A stretch of 64,000 bases of DNA from assembly GCA_964354345.1 (NCBI GenBank), contig CAYGZL010000032.1, forward strand, positions 128,684-192,683, written 5' to 3'. The notes beneath the pieces were generated by a model. It saw only the letters and a list, made by a program, of their open reading frames with translations, did no database searches and was not told where the DNA came from. The position numbers and the translations under genes were made by a program. This DNA comes from an uncultured Anaerolineaceae bacterium (lineage in GTDB: Bacteria; Chloroflexota; Anaerolineae; Anaerolineales; UBA4823). Positions 56,244 to 64,000 of the stretch are shown here, in pieces. Positions within the stretch are counted from its first letter, which is position 1. Each line of letters begins with the position of its first letter.

Positions 56244-57959
56244 ATGTCCCGCAGACCTTTATATCTTCTGGTAGCGGTTTTTATGGTTCTGAGTATTGTT
56301 TTGAGCGCCTGTGGTACAGGCGCGCAGCAACCCACCGTTGAACCAACCGCTGAACCAACCGCACCGCCCAAGCCTACCGTTGCTCCCACCTACACGACAA
56401 TGAAGGTTGAGGCGCCAGATTGTAACTATGGCGGTAATTTGAAGGCGATCGAATCGACCGATGAGTTCACCGTCAAGTTCACTTTCTGCAAACCCGACCC
56501 CGCTTTCCTGCCGAAGGTTGCTTCTGTGGAAGCATTTAACATTTATGATGCTGATTACCTTAAATCAATCGGCGGCGATGCAACCAAGATGAATGACAAC
56601 CCAATCGGCTCAGGTCCTTACATGGTCAAGGAATGGGTGCGTGGTGATCATATCACTTTTGTCCCCAACCCCAACTATTATGGCGAAAAGCCGGCGAACA
56701 AGACTTTCATCTTGAAATGGAATAAAGAAGCCGCATCTCGTTTGCTCGATCTACAAGCGGGCAACATCAGTGGTGTTGCTGAAGTTACCGCGGATGATAT
56801 TGCCACGATTAATGCGGATGCAAACCTGAAGCTTTATCCCCGTAAGATCAATAACTTCCTCTACCTGGGCGTTAACAACACCAAGCCGCCCTTTGATAAC
56901 GAGAAAGTCCGTCAGGCATTCGCCATGGCGATTGACAAGCAACGCATTATCGACAACTTCTACGCACCAGGATCGGTCGCCGCGACTCAGTTTGTTCCGC
57001 CGGGTGTTAAACCAGGCTTTACGGATGGCTACCAGGGCACCAAGTTCGATGCAGCGACAGCCAAGCAAATGCTAACCGATGCTGGCTTTGACTTCAATCA
57101 GGAATATGTTTTATCCTACGCCGAGCGCACTCGGCCCTACTTCCCACAGCCGACCAAGATCGCCCAAGATGTCCAGGCTCAACTGGCCGAAATTGGCATC
57201 AAGATCAAGCTGGAAATGCAAGAATGGGCTGCTTACCTGCCAGACACACGCGACGGCAAAAAAACCCTCTTCTTCCTGGGTTGGAGTGAAGACTATCCTG
57301 ACGCGACTAACTGGTACGATGTTTTCTTAACTGGTTCCAGCCAAAGTTTCGGGAATGCTTTCCCAGATATCGTGGAATTGATTCAAAAGGCTGCTACACT
57401 TGGCGATCCAGTCGAGCGCCAGAAGCTTTACGACCAGGTCAACAAGCTGTACGATCAGCATGTTCCAACGATCGTCCTGGCGCATGGCACAACCAACCTG
57501 GCTTTCCTGGCCTCGGTAAAGAACGTTGTCCTCGGTCCTTACAACGAGAACTTCCCGCAGATGGTACCGGATGACGGCACCCTCGTTTTCTCCCAGGACG
57601 GCGAGCCGGTTTCGTTGGATTGCGCTGATGAAACCGACGGCAACTCCTTCCGCGCTTGCAAGCAAGTTTTTAGCAAGCTGTATGACTTTGAGTGGGGTTC
57701 TTCATCTCTCAAGCCTGACCTGGCTGAAAAATGTGTTGGCAATAGCGATGCCACCCAATGGACCTGCACTCTCCGTAAGGGTGTCAAGTTCTCGAACGGT
57801 GCTGCACTGGACGCGAATGATGTTGTCACCACCTTTGCCCTTGGTTGGGATGCCACGAATCCGCTTCGTAAAGGTAATTCGGGCGCGTTCCAATACTTCA
57901 AGGACTTCTTCGGACCTAAGGCTCTCAATCAACCGCCTGAACCAACTCCAACCCCCTGA
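56244..57959 (+). CDS. ABC transporter substrate-binding lipoprotein, family 5 (peptide/nickel type)
   Basis: Lipobox VLSAC. 571 aa with SBP_bac_5-like motifs (GSGPY, NPNYYG, LGWSEDYPDA). Confidence 0.85.
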   Translation: MSRRPLYLLVAVFMVLSIVLSACGTGAQQPTVEPTAEPTAPPKPTVAPTYTTMKVEAPDCNYGGNLKAIESTDEFTVKFTFCKPDPAFLPKVASVEAFNIYDADYLKSIGGDATKMNDNPIGSGPYMVKEWVRGDHITFVPNPNYYGEKPANKTFILKWNKEAASRLLDLQAGNISGVAEVTADDIATINADANLKLYPRKINNFLYLGVNNTKPPFDNEKVRQAFAMAIDKQRIIDNFYAPGSVAATQFVPPGVKPGFTDGYQGTKFDAATAKQMLTDAGFDFNQEYVLSYAERTRPYFPQPTKIAQDVQAQLAEIGIKIKLEMQEWAAYLPDTRDGKKTLFFLGWSEDYPDATNWYDVFLTGSSQSFGNAFPDIVELIQKAATLGDPVERQKLYDQVNKLYDQHVPTIVLAHGTTNLAFLASVKNVVLGPYNENFPQMVPDDGTLVFSQDGEPVSLDCADETDGNSFRACKQVFSKLYDFEWGSSSLKPDLAEKCVGNSDATQWTCTLRKGVKFSNGAALDANDVVTTFALGWDATNPLRKGNSGAFQYFKDFFGPKALNQPPEPTPTP

Positions 57960-58045
57960 GTAATTTGTTATAAGTAACATCGGATGGGGCATCCAAAGAT
58001 GCCCCATCCGGCTTAAAATCCGGCTAATATCTACTCTTTTTCGCT

Positions 58046-59122
58046 ATGATTCAATTTATCGTTCGCCGATTGCTTTTGCTTTTCCCGGTTCTCCTAGGTA
58101 TATTGCTGGTCACCTTCACGATCACGCGCCTGGTCCCTGGGAATCCCTGCTATGTGATGTTGGGTGAACGCGCCAATGCCGCCACCTGCGATGAATTCAT
58201 GAAGCGCTATGGCCTGGATAAAAGTATGCCGGAGCAGTTTGGCAGGTTTATCCTAAACTTGCTTACAGGCGATTTCGGTACCTCGATTAAAGACAGACGA
58301 CCAATCACCACGATTATCGCCGAACGTTTGCCAATGACGATCGAACTGACCATCCTGGCGATGATCTTTGCTTCGATTTTTGGCGTCCTCCTGGGCGTCG
58401 TCTCAGCCCTCAACCGGAACAGCATTGTTGATACCCTGACGATGATCGGTGCAAATATTGGGGTAAGTATGCCGGTGTTCTGGCTGGGTCTTCTTTTAGC
58501 CTATGTTTTCGCCCTGCTTCTAAAAGGTACACCTTTAGCCTTGCCACCCAGCAGCCGATTGTCAGCAGGGATGTCCTTAGTGCCCTTGGATCTGGCTTGG
58601 GGTCTTCAGGATATTACTGGCATTGGAAAATTCTTACTCCAACTTACTTCCAACTCGGCCATTCTAAATGGTTTGTTAACCGGTAATTTCGCCCTGGTCG
58701 GAGACGCACTGAGACACCTGATCTTGCCTGCATTGGCTGTCGGTACAATTTCACTCTCGGTGATTGCCCGTATGACACGCTCGAGCTTGTTGGATGTGTT
58801 AGGTCAGGACTTTATCCGTACCGCCCGGGCAAAAGGTCTGAAATATTCAACTGTAATCTCGCGCCATGCTCTACGGAATGCCTTGATCCCAATTGTCACA
58901 ATTATTGGTATTCAAACAGGCGGGTTGCTATCTGGAGCAGTTCTGACTGAAACGATTTTTTCGCTCCCAGGTGTCGGTTCGCGCATGGTTGAGGCGATCT
59001 TGAGCCGTGATTATCCGGTCGTGCAGGGCTTTGCCGTTGTCATCGCTTTGATCTTCGTCTTCACCAACCTCATTGTGGATGTCTCCTATGCCTACCTTGA
59101 TCCGCGCATCAGGCTTAAATAG
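58046..59122 (+). CDS. ABC transporter permease (DppB/OppB-like)
   Basis: BPD_transp_1 EAA-type loop (DFIRTARAKGL) and N-terminal MIQFIVRRLL. 358 aa. Confidence 0.85.
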   Translation: MIQFIVRRLLLLFPVLLGILLVTFTITRLVPGNPCYVMLGERANAATCDEFMKRYGLDKSMPEQFGRFILNLLTGDFGTSIKDRRPITTIIAERLPMTIELTILAMIFASIFGVLLGVVSALNRNSIVDTLTMIGANIGVSMPVFWLGLLLAYVFALLLKGTPLALPPSSRLSAGMSLVPLDLAWGLQDITGIGKFLLQLTSNSAILNGLLTGNFALVGDALRHLILPALAVGTISLSVIARMTRSSLLDVLGQDFIRTARAKGLKYSTVISRHALRNALIPIVTIIGIQTGGLLSGAVLTETIFSLPGVGSRMVEAILSRDYPVVQGFAVVIALIFVFTNLIVDVSYAYLDPRIRLK

Positions 59123-59125
59123 TCT

Positions 59126-60064
59126 ATGACTGCTACAACCACCACGCCCGAACTAATATCTGAGCCCATCACACTGCGCGGTAACCCATCCACACAATCG
59201 CTGCGTCGCTTTCTCCACCATCGCTCAGCTCAATTAGGCATGTTCTTGTTGGGAATCCTTTTACTCTGTGCAATTTTCGCCGAACAAATTGCACCCTTCG
59301 ATCCCATCATTCCTTTGAAAGGCGTCAAACGCCGTGATACTCCATGTATTCATTTTTTGGGTTGCCCCATAGAAAAATCCCAGCATTTAATGGGAATTGA
59401 TGGCAACAACCGCGATTTATTTTCTCGGGTTATCTTTGGCGCACGATTATCTCTGCAAATCGGCATTTCAACCATCACCTTTGCCATCATCGTCGGTGGT
59501 TTGTTGGGAGCCATTGCGGGTTTTGTCGGTGGGTGGTTGGACGATCTGATCATGCGCTCCCTGGACGTATTAATGGCTTTCCCCAGCCTGTTGTTGGCAA
59601 TCGCCATTGTAGCTGTATTGGGACCAGGGTTAATTAATGCTTTGTTAGCCATAGCTATTATAGAAATCCCCATCTACGCCCGTGTGGTACGCGCCAGTGT
59701 CTTATCCGTTAAAGAGTTGGATTTCGTCATGGCTTCACGTGCCTTAGGCGCGTCGAACTTTAGCATCTTGTTCAACCGCATTCTCCCTAACTCCCTGACT
59801 CCCCTGATCGTTCAGGGGACGTTGGGCATCGCCACCGCTATCTTGAGCGCCGCAGCATTAAGCTTTCTGGGATTAGGGGCGGAATTTCCGACTCCGGAAT
59901 GGGGACTGATGCTCGGTGAGGAACGCAACAGTGTATTCAATGCCCCCCATCTAGTTTTCTTTCCTGGATTGGCCATTATGGTGACCGTGCTATCTTTCAA
60001 CTTAATTGGTGATGGCCTGCGCGACGCACTCGATCCCCGCCTCTCAGGGCTAAAAGTCAGTTAA
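59126..60064 (+). CDS. ABC transporter permease (DppC/OppC-like)
   Basis: HLMGIDGNNRDLFSRVIFGAR and LDFVMASRALGAS are typical of OppC/DppC. Confidence 0.85.
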   Translation: MTATTTTPELISEPITLRGNPSTQSLRRFLHHRSAQLGMFLLGILLLCAIFAEQIAPFDPIIPLKGVKRRDTPCIHFLGCPIEKSQHLMGIDGNNRDLFSRVIFGARLSLQIGISTITFAIIVGGLLGAIAGFVGGWLDDLIMRSLDVLMAFPSLLLAIAIVAVLGPGLINALLAIAIIEIPIYARVVRASVLSVKELDFVMASRALGASNFSILFNRILPNSLTPLIVQGTLGIATAILSAAALSFLGLGAEFPTPEWGLMLGEERNSVFNAPHLVFFPGLAIMVTVLSFNLIGDGLRDALDPRLSGLKVS

Positions 60065-60091
60065 TTGACTCTCCCAGCACTGTGGTAAAGT

Positions 60092-60124
60092 ATCCCAGGC
60101 TATCCTTCACTGGGATGCTTTTAT
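60092..60124 (+). terminator. intrinsic terminator after the permease genes
   Basis: ATCCCAG-(11 nt loop)-CTGGGAT followed by GCTTTTATT. Confidence 0.55.
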
Positions 60125-60150
60125 TATTGGCTGACCAGGATATACTACCT

Positions 60151-60179
60151 TTGACATTATTCACTGCTGAGGCTACAAT
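60151..60179 (+). promoter_or_regulatory. sigma70-type promoter for coaE-cdaA-cdaR
   Basis: TTGACA (60151-60156), 17 nt spacer, TACAAT (60174-60179). Confidence 0.5.
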
Positions 60180-60226
60180 TCAGAGTGGCTGGACGATCAT
60201 TAGATCAATAGGCCTCTGGAGGAGAA

Positions 60227-60844
60227 TTGAGCGCCTGGCCAGGTAAATATATTATCGGCTTAACCGGCAATATTGCCACCGGTAAAAGCAGCGTTCGGAG
60301 AATGTTAGAAGAATTGGGCGCCTATGGAATTGATGCAGACGCCGTGGCGCATCGCGCCATGTTGCCAGGCGCGCCAGGTTATCTCGCCGTGATTCGGGAG
60401 TTTGGCAATCAAATCGTTTCCGCAGACCGCCAGATAAACCGGAGACAGCTTGGCCAGATCGTATTTTCCGATCCTGCTGCCCTGGCTCGTCTGGAGGCGA
60501 TTATTCACCCACAAGTGACTCGAATTGTGGCACAATTAATCCGGCAGGCTGCCCCGTATGTTATCGTAGTTGAAGCGATCAAGTTGATCGAGTCGGGGCT
60601 TAACAAGAGGTGCGATTCGGTTTGGGTTACGGTTACGCCAATAGAGATCCGATTGGCGAGATTGACGCAATACCGGGGTATGGATATCGCAACAGCCAGA
60701 CAGCGCATCGAAGCCCAATCACCTCAGAGGGATAAAGTGGCCCTGGCAGATGTGGTAATTTATAATTCCGGATTACTCGAGGATACGCGAAGACAGGTAA
60801 AAGCAGCTTGGGAGAAATTCGTACCCCATTCAGAAAAAGGTTAA
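60227..60844 (+). CDS. coaE: dephospho-CoA kinase
   Basis: TTG start. IGLTGNIATGKS P-loop and IHPQV motif. 205 aa. Confidence 0.85.
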   Translation: MSAWPGKYIIGLTGNIATGKSSVRRMLEELGAYGIDADAVAHRAMLPGAPGYLAVIREFGNQIVSADRQINRRQLGQIVFSDPAALARLEAIIHPQVTRIVAQLIRQAAPYVIVVEAIKLIESGLNKRCDSVWVTVTPIEIRLARLTQYRGMDIATARQRIEAQSPQRDKVALADVVIYNSGLLEDTRRQVKAAWEKFVPHSEKG

Positions 60845-60859
60845 GTCGGAGTTTGCAAA

Positions 60860-61741
60860 GTGCCTGATATTATCAGCAATCTATTGGCAAACCTGGTGTT
60901 TATATTCGAACGCCTGAACTGGTTGAGCATCATCGATCTGGCTCTGGTGACAATTGTTTTTTATGCCATATTGAGGTTGATTCGCGATACCCAGGCGATG
61001 GTGCTTCTGCGGGGTGCGTTCTTCCTCTTAGTGTTAATAAGTTTATTGACTTCGTTGGCCGGGCTGCCTGCTTTCTCGTGGTTAATCCAGACCTCTTTAC
61101 CCGCCCTGATTCTGGCGATCCCTGTAATATTTGCGCCTGAAATTCGCCGGGCGCTGGAAAGACTAGGGCGCGCCGGTAACATTTTACCAGTTGATAAAGA
61201 TACCCACGGCGTTCAAGACACCATCCGCGCCGTAGTCACTGCAGCTATCCGCCTTGCAGACCAGCAGCATGGGGCTTTGATTGTGTTACAACGCCAGGAT
61301 GTCCTGGATGACTATGTTCGCTCGGGTGTCCAACTTAACGCACAGGTAACGCCAGAGTTGCTCTTACAAGTGTTTTATCCGAATACCCCTTTACATGATG
61401 GCGCCGTGATCATATCAGGAAACCGTTTGATTGCCGCAGCTTGTGTAATGCCCTTATCCTCAAGTGGTGTTTTATCCGATACCCCGGAGCGGAAAATGGG
61501 ATTACGCCACCGGGCAGCGTTGGGCATCTCGGAAGTAAGCGATGCAGTAGCAGTAGTCGTGTCTGAGGAAACTGGCGCAATCACCGTGGTACACGGAGGC
61601 AGGATGATCCGTCGATTAGACGCTGACCGTCTGGAAAATATCCTGCGCGCCTTTTACCGTCCAACACCAGTCGGCGGTGGACTTACTAACCTGCTTAACA
61701 CATTGTTCAAGCGGGAGCCAACGCAGCGGGAGGATCAATAA
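60860..61741 (+). CDS. cdaA: diadenylate cyclase CdaA (membrane-anchored DAC domain)
   Basis: GTG start and three N-terminal TM helices. DAC motifs PLHDGAVII and RHRAALGISE..DAVAVVVSEETG. Confidence 0.9.
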   Translation: MPDIISNLLANLVFIFERLNWLSIIDLALVTIVFYAILRLIRDTQAMVLLRGAFFLLVLISLLTSLAGLPAFSWLIQTSLPALILAIPVIFAPEIRRALERLGRAGNILPVDKDTHGVQDTIRAVVTAAIRLADQQHGALIVLQRQDVLDDYVRSGVQLNAQVTPELLLQVFYPNTPLHDGAVIISGNRLIAAACVMPLSSSGVLSDTPERKMGLRHRAALGISEVSDAVAVVVSEETGAITVVHGGRMIRRLDADRLENILRAFYRPTPVGGGLTNLLNTLFKREPTQREDQ

Positions 61742-63082
61742 ATGAGCTCTTCCTTTCGGAGGCTTTTTCGGAATTTTAGCACATTTTTACTGGCGTTTAT
61801 TTTAGCTGCCGCAGTATGGATTACCGCGGTTGTTTCCACAGATCCGAACGAAGAGAATCCTTATCAACCCATTCCACTTGAAGTGGTCGGACAAGATTCA
61901 AGCCTGGTTCTGATGGGCAGTATCCCTGATCAAGCCCGGATTACGATTAATGCGCCTAAGTCGATCTGGAACCATTTGCTCAATAATCCTGGTCTACTCA
62001 AAGCCTGGATTGATTTTACGGGCCTGGGTGCCGGGGAACACCTGGTGAAAGTGGAAGTACAGGTCAACGCCAGCCCGCTGCGGGTAAGTCAGGTCGAACC
62101 CAGCGAGATACGTGTTGTGCTCGAACCTCAGGCTACCCATAAGTTTCCCGTTGAATTAAATATTACTGGCGATCCTCCACTCGGTTATAAAAAAGAAATC
62201 CCTTATAGCGATCCCGGTGAAGTTACTATTTCAGGACCTGCCTCCGCCATTGCGAAAGTTGGCCAGGTGCGCGCACAATTCAATATCGCCGGAGCAAGCC
62301 AATCAGTCAACGCCTCGGTTCTGGTAGAAGTTCTGGACAAGAATGGTACAGCAGTAAATAATATTACCGTCCTCCCCCGGTCAGTTACTATCACTCAACC
62401 GATCAGCTTATTAGGAGGCTTTAAGAATGTGGCTGTCAAAGTTGAAACCAAAGGACAAGTTGCCAATGGTTATCGCCTGACTAATTTAACGGTGACCCCG
62501 CCCACCGTCACGGTTTCATCGACCAATCCCCGCACTGTGAACGAACTCCCTGGTTATATCGAAACGATGCCGGTCGACCTGACCAATTTAACGGATGACG
62601 TAGAAATTAATGTGAATCTGAATCTACCCAAAGGCGTCACCCTGGTTCGAGAGCCAAGCGTGCTTGTCCAAATCGGAGTAGCTGCGATTGAAGGTAGCCT
62701 GACGATGACTTTGCCAGTTGAAATTTTGGGGTTAGCACCAGGCTTACAGGCGGTTGTCTCTCCAGTTTCTTTGGATGTAATCATCTCCGGTCCATTGCCT
62801 GTTCTGGATACTTTAAGTCAATCCAGCTTCAGGATTGTGGTTGATTTAACCGGTTTGGAGTTAGGGACACACCAGGTGAAACCGGTAATTGACCTGGCGC
62901 CAGATAAAGTCAGCGTGCAAACACTGCTACCCGATACGATTGAGGTCAATATATTGCCAGCCCCCACAGCAACGCCTACCTCGACGCCGGTCGCTACATC
63001 AACTCAAACCCCCACAGCAACGCGGGCACCAATCCTACCAACACACCCTCGGGCCACGCCTACACCAACCCGTAAACCATAA
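61742..63082 (+). CDS. cdaR: YbbR-domain protein CdaR (CdaA regulator) with a Pro/Thr-rich C-terminal tail
   Basis: It starts at the nucleotide after the cdaA stop. It has an N-terminal TM helix, repeated YbbR-like beta domains, and a tail reading PAPTATPTSTPVATSTQTPTATRAP...TPTPTRKP. Confidence 0.8.
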   Translation: MSSSFRRLFRNFSTFLLAFILAAAVWITAVVSTDPNEENPYQPIPLEVVGQDSSLVLMGSIPDQARITINAPKSIWNHLLNNPGLLKAWIDFTGLGAGEHLVKVEVQVNASPLRVSQVEPSEIRVVLEPQATHKFPVELNITGDPPLGYKKEIPYSDPGEVTISGPASAIAKVGQVRAQFNIAGASQSVNASVLVEVLDKNGTAVNNITVLPRSVTITQPISLLGGFKNVAVKVETKGQVANGYRLTNLTVTPPTVTVSSTNPRTVNELPGYIETMPVDLTNLTDDVEINVNLNLPKGVTLVREPSVLVQIGVAAIEGSLTMTLPVEILGLAPGLQAVVSPVSLDVIISGPLPVLDTLSQSSFRIVVDLTGLELGTHQVKPVIDLAPDKVSVQTLLPDTIEVNILPAPTATPTSTPVATSTQTPTATRAPILPTHPRATPTPTRKP

Positions 63083-63091
63083 GGTAATTCA

Positions 63092-64000
63092 ATGTCAAAA
63101 CCTGTTGTCGCCCTGGTCGGGCGCCCGAATGTGGGTAAAAGCACTTTATTCAACCGCCTGGCGGAAGAACGCCTGGCCGTGGTCGATGATATTCCTGGCA
63201 CGACTCGCGATCGCCTGGTAACCGAGGCGGAGTGGGCAGGCGTTGCTTTTGATATCGTAGACACGGGAGGTATTGATCCAACCGAAACCAGTCCAGGCCG
63301 GTCAAAAAAGCCCCTGTCGGTCGGTTCGGCGGATTATATTAATCAAATTCGTGCTCAAGCCGAAATTGCGATCCGCGAGGCAGATGCGGTGCTTTTTATT
63401 GTCGACGCCGATGCTGGAATCACGCCAGCTGATCGCGAAGTAGCCCAGATCTTACGCCGTAACCAGCACATGCGCGAGGGGAAGCTTTACCCACCAGTGT
63501 TATTGGTGGTCAATAAGGCAGATAGTGAGAATAGGAGGGCTCGGGCTGTTGAATTTTTCGAGTTAGGTATGGGAGATCCTTACCCTATCTCCGCAGTGCA
63601 TGGCACAGGGACTGGCGATATGCTAGATGATCTTATCGAGCTATTCCCCAAAGTAGAGGAGGACGAGACCGACGAGTCGGTTAAAATAGCCATCGTTGGA
63701 AAACCAAATGTAGGAAAATCCAGCTTGCTCAACCGGATCCTGGGTGAGGAGCGTGCCATCGTCAGCCCTATCCCCGGTACTACGCGCGATGCCATTGACA
63801 CTCCAATGGAGTATGCTGGAATACCGCTGACATTAATTGATACAGCCGGCATCCGCAAACGCGGAAAAATTGAGCCAGGAGTGGAAAAATATAGTGTTTT
63901 ACGCTCACTGCGCGCCATCGAACGCGCAGATGTAGCCTTGTTGGTCATTGATGCCACCAGTGGTGTGACTGCCCAGGACACCCACATCGCGGGCTTTATC
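63092..64000 (+). CDS. der: ribosome-associated GTPase Der/EngA, 3' end outside the window
   Basis: ATG 63092 gives MSKPVVALVGRPNVGKSTLFNRL. The second GTPase domain (KIAIVGKPNVGKSSLLNRI) begins near 63680. The ORF is open to the window edge. Confidence 0.92.
   Translation, partial: MSKPVVALVGRPNVGKSTLFNRLAEERLAVVDDIPGTTRDRLVTEAEWAGVAFDIVDTGGIDPTETSPGRSKKPLSVGSADYINQIRAQAEIAIREADAVLFIVDADAGITPADREVAQILRRNQHMREGKLYPPVLLVVNKADSENRRARAVEFFELGMGDPYPISAVHGTGTGDMLDDLIELFPKVEEDETDESVKIAIVGKPNVGKSSLLNRILGEERAIVSPIPGTTRDAIDTPMEYAGIPLTLIDTAGIRKRGKIEPGVEKYSVLRSLRAIERADVALLVIDATSGVTAQDTHIAGFI

Noticed and set aside
62940-63082. Repetitive ACNCC/CCNAC-rich DNA as a non-coding repeat or CRISPR-like array
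   Set aside because: It is in frame within cdaR and encodes a Pro/Thr-rich linker. No regular repeat-spacer periodicity is present. No CRISPR array was seen anywhere in the window.

Overview
This is a 64 kb chromosomal window with roughly 50% GC by eye. It is densely packed with housekeeping genes, most of them chained by 4-nt ATGA/GTGA overlaps. They include alaS (5' end cut by the window edge), ruvX, mltG, lon, folC, uvrC, metG, thrS behind a Thr T-box, tRNA-Val(GAC), infC-rpmI-rplT, ilvE, rsmI, tyrA, kbl, coaE, cdaA-cdaR and der (3' end cut). Gene content, lipobox lipoproteins and T-box use suggest a Chloroflexota (Anaerolineae-like) or similar monoderm-type bacterium, but that is only an inference from protein resemblance. 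No rRNA genes, CRISPR arrays, transposases or prophage genes were seen.

Five regions deserve a second look:
- **Glycosylation cassette (2685-11968).** A six-gene cassette sits between alaS and ruvX-mltG. It holds three tandem paralogous GT-C-like membrane proteins, an ArnC/GtrB-like GT2, a WbqC-family protein and a WecE-like aminotransferase.
- **metG leader (28423-28649).** A promoter is followed by a 22-codon ORF with 5 Met codons and then an intrinsic terminator, which looks like a leader-peptide attenuator.
- **Recombinase-like protein (22719-23636).** An integrase-fold protein lacks the catalytic Tyr.
- **Gene-decay zone (43329-44476).** It contains frameshifted and truncated NuoF-like and GltB-like fragments.
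- **infC-rpmI-rplT operon.** It has unusually long, structured spacers.

All functional calls rest on motif recognition by eye. No database search was possible.
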